From: Eledone cirrhosa
Lineage: Eukaryota
Direction: 5' to 3'
Length of the DNA stretch: 64,000 nt
Assembly: GCA_964016885.1 (NCBI GenBank)
Contig: OZ024746.1
Location: 42,284,001-42,348,000 of the forward strand
Shown here: positions 24,947-38,969 of the stretch, piece by piece
Numbering within the stretch: position 1 is the stretch's first letter
Layout of the letters: each line of letters begins with the position of its first letter
Translations under genes and position numbers: made by a program
Notes under the pieces: model-generated
Told to the model about the DNA's origin: nothing
Seen by the model: only the letters and a program-made list of their open reading frames with translations
Database searches by the model: none

Positions 24947-25778
24947 AAATATTAAACAAATAATGAACAAACAATTCCTTATATTAAACAAAAAAAGTTC
25001 ACTATTTAACGATCGTTTCTAGGGTATATATGTGTTATAATTGGTATGCATATTCAACAGATCTATGTACAAAATTATACAAAATTATACAAATTATCAA
25101 GATTAAATATACATACCTAACACATATATACGCCGTCTTCAGAAATAATGAAGTATATTTATTGATAATAACAACAATTCAAAATATCAGTTCAAAATTG
25201 ACCAATGAAAACACAAAGGGTTAAAAGCAGTTCGGTGTGTGTATATACATGTAAAATCCTTACACATATTTTACAATAATGTGTGTATAATTTGTATGCG
25301 CATACTAAAAAGATGGATGCAAACACAAAATTTCAAGGTTAATATCTCTGTAAGCTCAATGCGCTGATAAGATGTGTTTTCATTGGTCAATTTTGAACTG
25401 ATATTTTGAATTGTTGTTATTATCAATAAATATACTTCATTATTTCTGAAGACGGCGTATATATGTGTTAGGTATGTATATTTAATCTTGATAATTTGTA
25501 TAATTTTGTATAATTTTGTACATAGATCTGTTGAATATGCATACCAATTATAACACATATATACCCTAGAAACGATCGTTAAATAGTGAACTTTTTTTGT
25601 TTAATATAAGGAATTGTTTGTTCATTATTTGTTTAATATTTTATCTTGACTCTGTATACCGTTTATCTTTCACCGAAAGTGGATTTTCATTACATCTCTT
25701 CTTTCCATGATATCCGGAATACATTGAGTTCTTCATACGGATTGGACACTACCGTAAACTCTTGGTAGATTTATCTAC
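24944..25778 (+). mobile_element. Young fold-back PLE-type element, 272-bp apparently perfect arms plus unique tail
   Basis: Arms 24944-25215/25373-25644, tail 25645-25778, (TA)n on both sides; relative at 41343-41755. Confidence 0.9.
25438..25588 (+). ncRNA. Type I hammerhead with 116-nt stem II (mirror copy 25000-25150, minus strand)
   Basis: cattattt-CTGAAGA-[long hairpin]-GAA-ACGATCGT-T-aaatagtg. Confidence 0.75.
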
Positions 25779-25820
<42 letters not shown>

Positions 25821-25849
25821 GTATATTTATATATGTATATATGTATATT

Positions 25850-25990
<141 letters not shown>

Positions 25991-26000
25991 TATAAATATA

Positions 26001-27273
26001 CAGGGTGTGGACGATATTTGTTCGCAATTTTCAACTGCTAATTTTATGCAAATTTTTTTTACTTCCATTGTCACTCTTGCCTTCATAAAAACAGTGACTA
26101 TATTTCCATTATTTATTTTCAGAATAATTGATTATGAATAATTTTGAACCTCCAAATTTGTGGAAGAGACACAGAATTCTTCTTGGAATCCGTGCCGGCA
26201 GGACAAATAAGGAAATTTCAGACTTTCTCAGCGTCAGCAGGAGAATGGTGGAAAAGAGCAGAAAGGAATTGGAAGATTCAGGATTCGACTACGAAGCAAC
26301 ATCAGAGAGGAAAACACATGATCAATGATCTGACGCCTTCAGAACGCCCGAGTTCGTCGCTGAAGTTCAGATATCATCAACAATGAACCTAGCAAGTCGA
26401 TGCGTGCTATTGCAAGGGAAAAAGGCGTGGAAAAGCTCATTAGGCTGGTTGAACATGAAGACATTCACTACATTTCATACAAGATGAGGAAAGGACAATT
26501 TCTGTCAAAGGCGATGCAAGAAAAGCAACTGAAGCACGCAAAGAAGCTGATCAACAAGTTGAAACACCCACTGGAGCCAGACATGCTGTGGTTTTCCTCT
26601 GACGAGAAAAACTTCTGCCAAGACCAGAAGATCAACTCCCAGAACAACAGGTGACTCGCTGTCTCATCCAAAGACGTGCTCAGAGTCATGCAGACAAAGT
26701 TTCCAGTGACAACATTGGTCTTAGGTGTTGTCAGCAGTCAAGGTGACGTCATTCCACCTCACTTCTTCCTTGAGGGCCTGAAGCTGAACACCGATGGCTA
26801 CATCCGCGTTCTGAGTGAGGTAGTAAAGCCCTGGATTGACCAGGTAGCTGCAGGTAGGCTGTACGTGTGGCAGCAACACTCAGCGCCCTGCCATACCAGT
26901 CGAAAGACCCAAGCCTGGCTGTCAGTGAACTTCGTCGACCACACTTCACCTGACATCTGGCCTCCCATATCGCCTGACTGCAACCCCCTCGATTTCTTTG
27001 TGTGGGGCGCAGTGGAACGAGACACCAATAGATCTAGCTGCAATACGAAAGATGATCTGAAGGCCAGGATCACAAGTGCCTTTAGGGGCCTTAGTTGGGG
27101 GACAGTGATGAAGGTTTTGAGGCCGTCATCAAAGCCAATGGCGGGTATATCGAGTGAGATCGAAAGAACAAGTCATGAAGACAAACTGACCCAAGTTTGA
27201 TAAATATATCTTAAAAAATAAAACTACTGTGTTATTTTTTCCTAGACAGTAAACAAATATCCTCCGCACCCTG
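26001..27273 (+). mobile_element. Full-length decayed Tc1/mariner DD37D (maT) transposon
   Basis: TIRs CAGGGTG(T/C)GGA(C/G)GATATTTGTT, TA flanks; WFSSDEKNF, WQQ(H)SAPCH, 37 residues to SPDCNPLD; stops and frameshifts present. Confidence 0.93.
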
Positions 27274-27305
<32 letters not shown>

Positions 27306-27321
27306 CATGTATATAAATAGG

Positions 27322-27885
<564 letters not shown>

Positions 27886-28549
27886 ATATTCACATACATA
27901 TACATACATAAGGTGGCTGACTGAATACACACGTGTGTTTTTTCTCCAACTTTTTTTCCCCTCATTTTTCCCCATTCCTTCCTTTTATCTCTCTTTACTT
28001 TCTAACTCTATCTTCTGATGAAGAACTAGGACCTGGAACTTTAAGACTCTCTTCCTGCTATTTCAAGTGTTAAACTAATATATTTCTTCCATGTACCGTG
28101 TCGTTTATTTTGTTATATCTGTTTACATTTTAGACACACATATATATATGTGTGTGTGTGTGATTGTGGGTTTGGATTTGCCTGAGCCTGTATGTGTGTA
28201 TGCCTGTGTGTGCCTGTGTGTGTCCTTATAATGTCTACGTTTATGTCTGTCTTTATCTCCTGTAACCTAGCAGTTCAACAAACAGAGATCAATTAAACAA
28301 GTACTAGACTTCAGAATAAATAGCATCGGGCCATATAAACAATTATATCAAGCAATTTGATGGTCTAATGAATGAAACTACATATACATACATATATTAT
28401 ATAAAGCCAACATATTTTTTCAAATTTCAAATCTCCCTAATGTTTCATAAACTAACCAAATGTTCATCATCATCATCATCATCATTAGCATAGCCATCAT
28501 CATCACCACCATCAACATCATTTAACATGTAAACAGGCGTTAAATCATA

Positions 28550-28593
<44 letters not shown>

Positions 28594-28930
28594 CAAACCA
28601 TTTAGTTAATTTATGAAGCACTGGGGAAATTTGAAATTTGAAAATATGTTTACTGACTTTTAGAAGCTTTAAGTTGTAAGCTAAAAATTTAAACAACATT
28701 TAGTAAATTTACAAAGCATTGGGGATATTTGAATTTGAAAATAAGTTTGGTTTTTTGGGGGAAGCCATCACAATGAAGATAACTATAAATAATAGTTAAA
28801 TAATCAGAAAAAATAGCCTTGATGGATATATGGTTCAATCTTGCAGATATTTTTGTCCACTACTTTCTGTTTCCAGGTAGGAGAGTCTTAGTTCTTTCAG
28901 CCTCTTATAATAGCTCATCTGTTGCATTAA

Positions 28931-29151
28931 CCCTTTGGCATTTACATTACTCTATATTTACTATTGTATGCTTGTGGTAAAGGCTTTATCTCCCATAATT
29001 ATCTCACATAACATCAAATCTATGAGATTTTGATGTTATTTATTTTGAGAACAATACCTTAACATCAGTATAAGTGGTCGGTTACAGCCAGTTTGAACAG
29101 AAAGAGGTAAGAGAATTCTGGCCGGATATGACCGGTTTAAATGCTAAAGGA
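28931..29151 (+). mobile_element. piggyBac-type MITE copy
   Basis: TTAA-CCCTTT.GCATTTA start; homologous to 861-1080. Confidence 0.8.
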
Positions 29152-29389
29152 GTAAGGCCATCTTCAGCAAAGAGTGAAGACCCAAATGACAGATGTGTGA
29201 ACTCCCACATGAACCAAACACAATGCACACTGACTGTGTGCATCAAATTGCAATATACAGATTTAATGCAAGCTGAGGAGGAAGCATTTTAAAACACCAG
29301 ATACAGCGACACAGCCATGCACACTGGATTAACAGAAATAATAGATCTGAGCTGACCATCACAGACACCTATGCAAATGTCACACAAAT

Positions 29390-29650
29390 AATACTGCTGA
29401 ATGTCAGAAGTCTGTTACAATATAAGAAGTAATGTAAAATTCTCTACCTATGAAGCAATATGCATGACACTCACAGAAATACCTCTTACAACCTGGCATT
29501 TGTGAAAATACAAAAACCAAAGTATATTATATTTTCATACTGGGAGAAAAGAAAGAAATCATAGTGGATTTGGTATGTATATCTGTGAAAATGTCATACT
29601 GTTAATCTTGCTGACATACTCAACCTTGGCTTGTTATACACTAATAGCAC
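29390..29650 (+). pseudogene. Decayed LINE APE endonuclease N-terminus
   Basis: LLNVRSL, TLTE, RKERNHSGFGMYI resemble APE motifs (xNxRS, xxTE, DRxxxxGGGVxxY). Confidence 0.4.
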
Positions 29651-29856
29651 ACACACACACACACACGTAGAGTGGTAGGACACTGGGAGGTTATATCTGT
29701 AGTAGTAGAGCACTCAGTACATGGGACGAGTTCGGTAGAAGTTACTTCCACAACAGTTAGTTAACCATTATCGAGGACACTTTTCACCTTGCGGACCTTA
29801 AAACTCGACTCGAGTCATATATATGTGTGTATGTGTGTGTGTGTATGTCATATTTG

Positions 29857-30059
29857 ATATAGAAATGGCTTATACAGGACTAGAACTATTTCAATTGTAT
29901 GAAATCATCAGGAATGCCTAGAACGATTTCATACGAATGAAACTATTCTAGTCCTGTAGAAGCCATTTCTATATTAAATGTGATATTTACACTCTACTAA
30001 TGTATTGAGTACCTTTTTAACTGTGATTACCCCCAATTTAACTTGGGATCTCACTCTCG

Positions 30060-30060
<1 letters not shown>
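29857..30060. mobile_element. Fold-back element with degenerate hammerhead
   Basis: ~50 bp arms 29857-29910/29928-29974; minus strand CTGATGA..GAAATAG; unique tail similar to 52235-52290. Confidence 0.55.
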
Positions 30061-30119
<59 letters not shown>

Positions 30120-30249
30120 TGATTTCTAATTTAGGCACAAGTAATTTGGAGGAGGGGAAAGTCGAGTATAATGACCACAATACTTGATTGGTACTATATT
30201 GTATCTACTCAAAAGGGATGGAAGGTAAAGTAGTATATATGTATACAGA

Positions 30250-30346
<97 letters not shown>

Positions 30347-30639
30347 TAAAATAAAAGATTAAAGTTTAAGCAAACAATCGCTGCTTTCACCCTTATATAT
30401 ACTTAATATATATTTATCCTTAATATATATTAAGTATATATATTAAGTATATATTAAGTATATATATACTTAATATATATACTTAATATATATTTAATAC
30501 TGCCGGCACTAGTATCGAGCACCTTTGGCATACGCTACTTGGCAAATAACTATATGTATCACCTATCCCCCCTTTTTTTCTCTTTCTCGATTCGTAAATA
30601 CTATATAAATATATATATATATATAAATATATATATATA

Positions 30640-30717
<78 letters not shown>

Positions 30718-30719
30718 TA

Positions 30720-31410
30720 AGACGACAGCTGTATAACAAAGTGCAGGGCAATAAAGATAGACGGTAGCCACGGAGTAGGCAGACCCAGAAAAACATGGGA
30801 CGAGCTGATAAATTCCGACCTCACACGCTTACACCTCTCCAAGACAACGTCACTGGACCAAGACCTTTGGCGGTACTCAGTAATAGAGAAGACCCGCCTT
30901 ACCTAAATACAAAGTAAAAACCTACTACAGTCAGTAGGCATCTCTATCAAAACACACCCCCGTCCCACCACCTCCACCCCATCCACACCGCCCCTTTCAA
31001 TGTAAAGTTATGTTGGTCCCACAACATCCAGGCCGAAACAAATGAGATCGTGTAGGTGTCACGACAAAAAATACACACAGTCCACGCTGTAAATGTGGCC
31101 GTGTAGGCAACACGGTAAAAACCTCCCAGCCCCACACTGTAAATGTGGTTGGTGTTAGGAAGGGCATCCAGCTGTAGAAAACCCGCCAGACAGTCCACGC
31201 TGTAATGTGGCCGTGTAGGCAACACGGTAAAAACCTCCCAGCCCCACACTGTAAATGTTGTTGGTGTTAGGAAGGGCATCCAACTGTAGAAAACCTGCCA
31301 GACAGTCCTATGCGAGCAAGACAACCACTCTTGCCTCAAGTGGGAAAACCCCCGTCCAAACCCATGCAAGCGTGGAACACGGACGCTAAACCTGATGATG
31401 ATGATGATTA
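30720..31410 (+). mobile_element. RTE family A 3' end with ~113-bp tandem duplication in the 3' UTR
   Basis: Matches 23365-23943; duplicated unit at ~31078-31303. Confidence 0.92.
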
Positions 31411-31599
31411 TCCCTATCGAGCCCTCTTTGGATTTTAGTCTTCAAATTTATTATTATTACTATATATATATATATATATCCTCACCATCACTAAACCTCC
31501 ACCCCTACTCCATCCATGCCCACCTCCGCTATCGCTTCTTAATAGTTCTGTCCCTACACTTGTGCATTTCACCCATACCCCCCCCCCCATTATCACTCA

Positions 31600-33340
31600 T
31601 TTGTTACTATCTCCATCTATCTTTCATTATTATCTCTTTAGTGAGGTTCAACCTGATGAGATCACCTTTTACCACCTCTTTATATTTTCGTCCATCATCC
31701 TCTGCCACAGCTTTCCTTCATTTCGATCTCAATACACTTCTTTATTCCACTGTCATTATGAACACACATTACATGTCCACAATTGTGCAAACTACTTCCT
31801 TGCACACTGTATTTGATTCCTTTTAATCCCAGTTTTTCTTTCAATTCCCCTATACTTCATTGTCCATGCACTTTAACTTTACACATCCAACAGAATGTGC
31901 TCATTTTATTTCTTTTTAGTTTTTGCACATTATTTGTAACTTCATACAGCATCCTTAAGTCGCATGCAATTTACCCTTCAATCAAAGAACAAATCATTTT
32001 GTTGCATGTTGAGGTAATTAATATCTTCCTGAACTTTTTCACCCTATTATTATTCTAGCTACTTTGGTGCACTGGTAATTAGGTCACCTAGGTAACCAAA
32101 TTCATCTAATTTTATGGTGCCTTTCAAGAATTGTAAAGAATTTATTTCACTGGTGTTCATACTATGAAATAGTTCTGTTCATCTACCAAATGCCTGCTCC
32201 TTGCTGTCAACAGCTTTCTTCTAATATAACCACACTTCTTTCATACCTATAGTTTACATAGAGTACACTGTTTAGGACCTCTGTTACTCCTTTTATGCAT
32301 ATTGTGTACAATTTTCCTGATAGTAGGATAGTAGTATGGTTCTGTTTTCTTTCCTACTTACTAAAACTTTAGTCTTTCCTAATTTCACTCTGAGTTCTCA
32401 CAATTTTAGGGTTTGTTTCCAGATTCAGCTACAAAAAGTCTATTAAAAAGGTATTCAACTTCATTTTTTTCCATAACAAATAATGGCATTAGTGAGACAA
32501 AATTAGGCAGTGTGGAGCTGTATACTTTTTTGCATGTGCATGCTTTTTGGAGATTGTTCTTGATGTGTCAGTCACTGTCAGCAAGCCAGTAATGTGAGGT
32601 GCAATACTATGTACTTGTAACATTTTAATTTTGCCCAATAAAGGCAAGAAGCGGGTGCATGTGTAGGAACAGGAAACCAAAGCTCAACGTGTCACATGTG
32701 GAGCAAAATCAAAATTATACAGTATTTCTTGGAAAAGAAAAGTACTTCAATCCTTTCAGGCTCCATACACTCCAGACATGGTTCTTTCTGACTTGGTTCT
32801 TCCCAAAAATGATGATGCAACAGAAAGGCTCCTGATTTGAGAGCCAAGAGAACATGAAGACTTCATAAATCATTTGAAAGATTGCTAAACTACATTTGTG
32901 GAGGTGGAAGGGCTTACTTTGAACGCGATTAGCAATTGAACCTTCAGGACGTTTGTAATGTTCCCCCTGCCTAAGGTCAGACATTGTTTTGACCGACTTT
33001 GTAAGTAGAAGGTCATCAGCATACAGGAGTTCCCACACGAAGCTGATCTAAATTTCTTTGTTATAGCCTGGGAGTCTATACTAAATAGAGTAAGGATGGG
33101 AATGGAATGATGATGCTACTTACCAACATAATTCTTACTGAACTTATTGCTGATTGTCATGTTTTAGACATTATCTCTCTGTATGATTTATACTGCTCCC
33201 ATAACACATTCACCTATAATTGGTTTAATTAAAGTACCATAAAACTACAAAAGAGGTTATGTTGAAAAAGGCTTTCTCCAGACAGTAAATGATATGAAGA
33301 ATGGCTTACACTTAATTAAAATCCACTCTTGCTGTTGTTT
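31600..33340 (-). pseudogene. Old RTE LINE remnants, interrupted
   Basis: WELLYADDL at ~33010-33037, GYLGDLI at ~32080-32100, decayed C-terminus. Confidence 0.55.
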
Positions 33341-33479
33341 TACTTGGAAGGGGGCATAATTATATACATATATATGTATACACACACACACACATATATA
33401 TATATATAGAGAGATAGATATAGATATATATTAACAGTTTTATTTTATCTTGCATTACTTTAAATTTCTTTGTCTAAAA

Positions 33480-34660
33480 GACATATGGCAAAACTTTCTG
33501 CAATGAGTGTGAAAGATGATCTTTTTAACTGGTTGAAGTCTTTCATTCTCAGTCGAAAAGAGGTAGTCATGGTTTTAGGACAGCATTCTTCACCATATGA
33601 GATGTCATCTGTTCTTGGTCCCCTTTTGTTTGTTGCATATATTAATGGCATAGATGCCAACTTAAAAAATGCAACAGTGCTGAAATATGCAGATGACATC
33701 AAGCTGTACCTTGAGATAAAAAGGATAGATCCTGAACACTATAGATCTTTCCTTCAATCAGACCTGGACACAATGCAGTAATGGATCATAGACTGGCAAC
33801 TCAAGCTGGCTGTGGACAAGTGTACCACCATGCATTTTAGGAGGAAAAACCCAGCATCCACATACTTCCTCCACAACACTTATAACAAGGAGTCTTCTTG
33901 TGAACATGACCTGGGCATTATTGTCAGCAGTGATTTGCATTGGACAAAGCACATCTCTAAAATTGTCACGAAGGCCGAGGGTGTCTCGGCATCACTCAGC
34001 AAGACCTTTGTCAGCCGATCTCCGGCTATCTATTTAAAGCTGTATGCAGCTATGGTGCGGCCACACTTAGAATTTGCATAACCCGTCTGGAACCCCTATC
34101 TTGCCCAGAACATTGACCTCCTGGAAACTGTTCAGAGACGTGCAATTAAGCGAATACCCCCCTCCCTCCATCAGGCATCTACCATACTCTGAATGCCTTG
34201 CTGCCCTGGGCATAGATATATTGAAGTTCCGACATCTGGCAACTGACTTGGTAAATGCCCACAAAATTATTAACCATCTTGCCAACAGCAACTCTGAGCA
34301 CCTTTTTGAATTCTATGTGTCTAACACATGTGGGCATGCCTACAAAGTTAGAAATCAACACAGCTCCCATGACTTTCAGAAACATTTTTTAATGCACAGA
34401 GTTGCTGAAGCATGGAACAAACTACCTGCATCACTTGTTAGCTGCTGGGACACTGCATCCTTTAAAATCTCCATGCTTCCTGAAATTTGCCAACATTAGA
34501 CTTGATATCCCCACTCGATACACATGCACATATGTACATCATGACTCAGTCACTGTTCAGTTTCCTGACATTTGTACATTATTTTATGTACTATACATGC
34601 ACCTTTGAGGAGTAGTAGGGCACCTGAGCACTGTACACAATAATTTTATTATTATCATTA
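33480..34660 (+). mobile_element. 5'-truncated CR1-like LINE (RT C-half)
   Basis: SVLGPLLFVAYIN, LKYADDIKLY, DLGIIVSSDL, LYAAMVRPHLEFA, GHAYKV, RVAEAWNKLP; (ATT)-rich tail. Confidence 0.88.
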
Positions 34661-34878
34661 TCAAATTGTGAAATACATTGGTTCAAAGTAATGAAGGAGA
34701 CAAATATGGCTGTCAAGAATTGATGGGAGGCCTCCATTGGTCAGTTTAGGTAATGCGTTAGAGATGACAGTTCAATGACAACAGAATTTCTTATTTGTTG
34801 TTCCACCTCAGGCAAGGAACAGACATGCAGTACTAGGTGATCTATTATATATTGATTTGGTTTGATAGTTACAATATT

Positions 34879-34939
<61 letters not shown>

Positions 34940-34989
34940 CCACTGTTCCACATCACAAGGCTGGATGTCTAGCTGTATCAGGTTAGTTG

Positions 34990-35700
34990 GTGTGTTGTAT
35001 TCAGTGCAAGAGGTGTAAGCAAGGGTTACCTCCCCTGAATTCGGGCAGATAAAACTAGGTTAGTCTTTCCAGAATGTTACTGACAAATGGCTTGATGTTA
35101 ATTAACACAGCTTTTTATTGATGGCATCAAAATGATAGATTGTTTTACAGTTGATGGATATTTCAGGTTGTTGCAACATATACAACTTCATACATAGACA
35201 AAGTTTGCTGTTCTGAGTTTCAGGTTAGCAAGGAAAACTCCTATTATGGATGCTCCATATAATGTGGGGATGTCGTTTCCTTCAACCCAGAAATATGGAC
35301 TTATTCTTATCCCTGTACCCAAAGAGGACCATGTCTTATGAAAATCGTCCCTTTATGTCAGTGATTGTTTGTCCAATGTAGTTTCTTGGGATACTATCTG
35401 GTAATATGAGAGAGGCTTTATAGAACACAGTCTTTGAGATGCAACACATTCCTCCAGTAGATAGTTAGTGGGATTTTGACAGTTGCAGTTGGTGCCTGGG
35501 TGATGTCTGTGTTGGCAGATATTTTTTATGTTGTAGCATGCAATGTTGGAAGTTATTCTTAACATAATGTATATTAAAATGTTTGTGATATTTATCAATG
35601 GTTGGGATGTGCTATTTAATTAGAAACAGGAAACATTTTGTTATATTTGTAGACAAATTTGTTGAATGGAAGTTTCAGCCAGGTTGCATTTGTCTTCATA
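34990..35700 (-). pseudogene. Decayed PLE ORF (Naiad-like linker and GIY-YIG)
   Basis: TWLKLPFNK/STNITKCFLFLIK*HIP..KYHK resembles the WFNPP..STNIG..FL.LI..HFP motif; EVVYVAT downstream. Confidence 0.6.
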
Positions 35701-36123
35701 ATTTCCCATTAATGCAAATAATCCCTAGTGCCTCACTGTAGGGAATGACCCTGATGAAGATATCCCTATCAAATTATAAATTAGAGATACTTCTGCTGAT
35801 ACCAGTTATTGTATTTCTAATTATAGCTTGGGGTGGTTGGACATCAAATAAATAAATTAACTGGTGCTACTAAACTGTCTATTCTCTGATGTAGAACAAG
35901 AAAAATATGTTGTCACACAACTGTTAAATCTCACATATGACACATGCCAATCAATGGAGGTTCAAACGATTCATATTTGTTCTCTTCATCACTTTGTGCA
36001 CAAGAATCTGACAATTGAGGCATATATATTTATGCCTAAGAATCTTGAAGTAATGTGAGACAAAGTCAAACTTAACTTTCACAATATCTACTGATTGCAC
36101 TTTTCATTCGTTTCTATACATAG

Positions 36124-36196
<73 letters not shown>

Positions 36197-36499
36197 CATC
36201 ATCATCATTTTACGTCCGCTTTTCCCTGTGTTGGTTGTTAAACAGCGAGCGAGTTTGAAAATAGAAATAGAAGCTTTCGGCGTATTTTTTACTATAACCT
36301 GATAGTGGGGCTTAGAACCCTCTAAGAAATGAAAAAAGATGAGTATTGACGTACATACATATATATATCATCATCATCATCATTTTACGTCCCCTTTTCC
36401 TTGCTTGCAATGGTGCGACGGGTCCTCTTCAGCACAGCATCTCTCCATTTGTCGCAATCCTTCTCAATATATATATATATATCATCATCATTCATCATC

Positions 36500-36744
36500 A
36501 TCATTTCATTTTAAGTCCGTTTTCCCTGCTTGCAAGGGTGGGACGGGAACTGATTCTGGCTTGATTTCTACAGCTGGATGCCCTTCCTAACACCAACCTC
36601 TTTTACAGTGAGTGCTGGGTGCTTTTTTGCCGTGGCACATCCACGATCACTTTGCAGTGGAATGATATGGACCCCAGTCCTATCATCTCATTTCTACAGC
36701 TGAGTAAATTGGAGCAATGTGAAATAAAGTGTCTTGCTCAAGGA
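36500..36744 (-). mobile_element. CORE-type SINE (3' part), interrupted by RTE-A
   Basis: Matches 5247-5500. Confidence 0.8.
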
Positions 36745-36746
36745 TA

Positions 36747-37745
36747 TCATCATCATCATCATCATCATCGTTTAACGTCCATCTTCCACACTTGCATGGG
36801 TTTGAACGGGAGTTTTCCCACTTGAGGCAAGATTGGTTATCCTGCTCGTATAGGACTGTCTGGCCGGTTTTCTACGGCTGGGTGCCCTTCCCAACACCAA
36901 CCACGTTTACAGTGATGACTGGGAGGTTTTTACCGTGTTACCTACACGGCCACATTACAGCGTGGACTGTGTTTTTTTTTTTTGTCGTGACACCTACACG
37001 ACCTCATTTGTTTTGGACTGGATGTTGTGGTACCAACATAATTTCACATTTAAGGGCATGGTGTGGATGGGGTGGGGGTAGTGGGACGGGGGTGTATTTT
37101 GTTAGAGGTGCCTACTGACTGTAGGTTTCGCTTTGTACTTATGCAAGGCGGGTCTTCTGTATAACTGTGTAGCGCCAAAGATCTCGGTCCAATGACATTG
37201 TCTTGGAGAGGTGTAAGTGTGTGAGGTCGGAATTTATCAAGTCATCCCAGGTTTTTCTGGGTCTGCCTACTCCGTGGCTACCGTCTATTTTTATCGCCCT
37301 GCACTTTTTTATACAGCTGTCATCTTTCATGCGCATCACGTGACCGTACCTTCTCTCGAGTAAACAACATCTGATCCCTCTTAATCCTAATTTCTCCCTT
37401 AGTTCGTTTATGCTTTGCCGTTCACGTATATTACTATTACACATCCAGCGGAGCATGCAAGCTTCGTTTCTCTCCAGTCTGCGTATATCCTCTGCACACA
37501 ATATCCAGGTCTCACTGCCATGTAACATTGCTGTTTGTATGCAGGCATCATACAGCCTGCCTTTCATTTTTAGAGAGAACCCTTTAGCGGCCAATAGTGG
37601 TATAAGCTCTCTGAACTTTTTCCATCTGACTCTAGCTACTGTACTTTCAGAGCACCCTCCCCCACTGCTGATTTTGTCACCCAGATAATGGAAGCTGTCC
37701 ACTATTTCTATAGAACCATCTGTGCAATGAAATGAGCTAGTATTC
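36747..37745 (-). mobile_element. 5'-truncated RTE family A copy
   Basis: ORF 37139-37747 FHYLG, HGSETW, GRPRKTW; 3' UTR and (GAT)n tail. Confidence 0.93.
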
Positions 37746-37753
37746 ATATATAT

Positions 37754-38135
37754 ATAGGAAAAAGAAGTTGAAAATGCAATTGGAGTCTTTAAGAAGTTCG
37801 ATTAAAAATAACTTATAACTTTACCAGTTTCAAAGTTTCATGATTTTCAAAAGTTAAGTGAGATGAAGCGATGTGTAGCTATGCTGACTTGTAACTCGTA
37901 TCAGATGGCGAGGTGTCGCTATGTCAACTTGTAACTTGCATTAGATGCGATTTACAAGTCAGCATAGCCACACATTTCTCCATCTCCCTTAACTTTTGGA
38001 AATCCTTAAACTTGTGAAACTGGTAATGTTATAAAATATTGTAAATAGACCTTCTTAAAGACTCCAATCGCTTTTCAACTTCTATTTTCTATATTTTTAC
38101 TCATGTAGAATATATTAAAAAAACCTTACTTTTAA
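37754..38135. mobile_element. Older fold-back element with degenerate hammerhead
   Basis: ~150 bp arms 37754-37906/37940-38093; minus strand taactt-TTGAAAA-..-GAA-ACTGGT-A-aagtta; (TA)n flanks. Confidence 0.65.
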
Positions 38136-38969
38136 ATATATATATATATATATATATATACACAATATATACATATAAAGGAAAATATGGAAGTGACTCA
38201 CACACACACATATATATATGTGTGTGGAAGGGGGGAGGGGCAATGTAACCATATAAATGTTTCTACCCATGTTTATACATGATGCATGTATACTATATTA
38301 TAATATAAATCCCTTATTGAACATCAATGTTTTTATTCTTTATTTTTATTCCATTTATTCTTCATTGATGACATTTCAACTTTGCTGGAAGTTTTATTCA
38401 TTAAAATGTAAAATTATTTAAATATTTGAATAGATTTAAATCGTTGTGGCAATTAAAAAAATGTTTAAAAGGTGTACAGATTAAAAATAAAGTTTGAAAA
38501 CAAAGATTTCATTAAAGTATCTTGCATATGGAATATATGAATTGCTTTGTTAATACTTTTACTTGTAAATGTTACAATAAATATTGAAGTTAGTAGAATT
38601 CTGAGTTTTATCTGATAATTTATATCAAGCAGGGGCAACCATTTTTTAAGCAGTGGGCCATAGGATGTAACTCATCATAAGGCAGGCTGCACTACTAAAA
38701 ATTTCAAGGCAATTTTGAAATTATGTATGCCATTTAGAAAACCATATGAGCCACAGCTTGACCATGACTAATCTACATCAACAGTCGATCGACAAGATTC
38801 CAGACCTCATCAAATCGGACTAAGGAAACAATGTTTCCATTGGTCTTTCCAATTGCTAATATTATCTACTGGTTGCAAATCCAAGCAGAAGGAGCAATGT
38901 GAACTAAAGTGTCTTGCTCAAGGACATAATTCATCGCCTGGTCCAGGAATTGAACTCACAATCTCATGA

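Noticed and set aside
25030-25558. Two ORFs with identical N-termini on opposite strands
   Set aside because: A by-product of the 272-bp inverted repeat; AT-rich and without protein motifs
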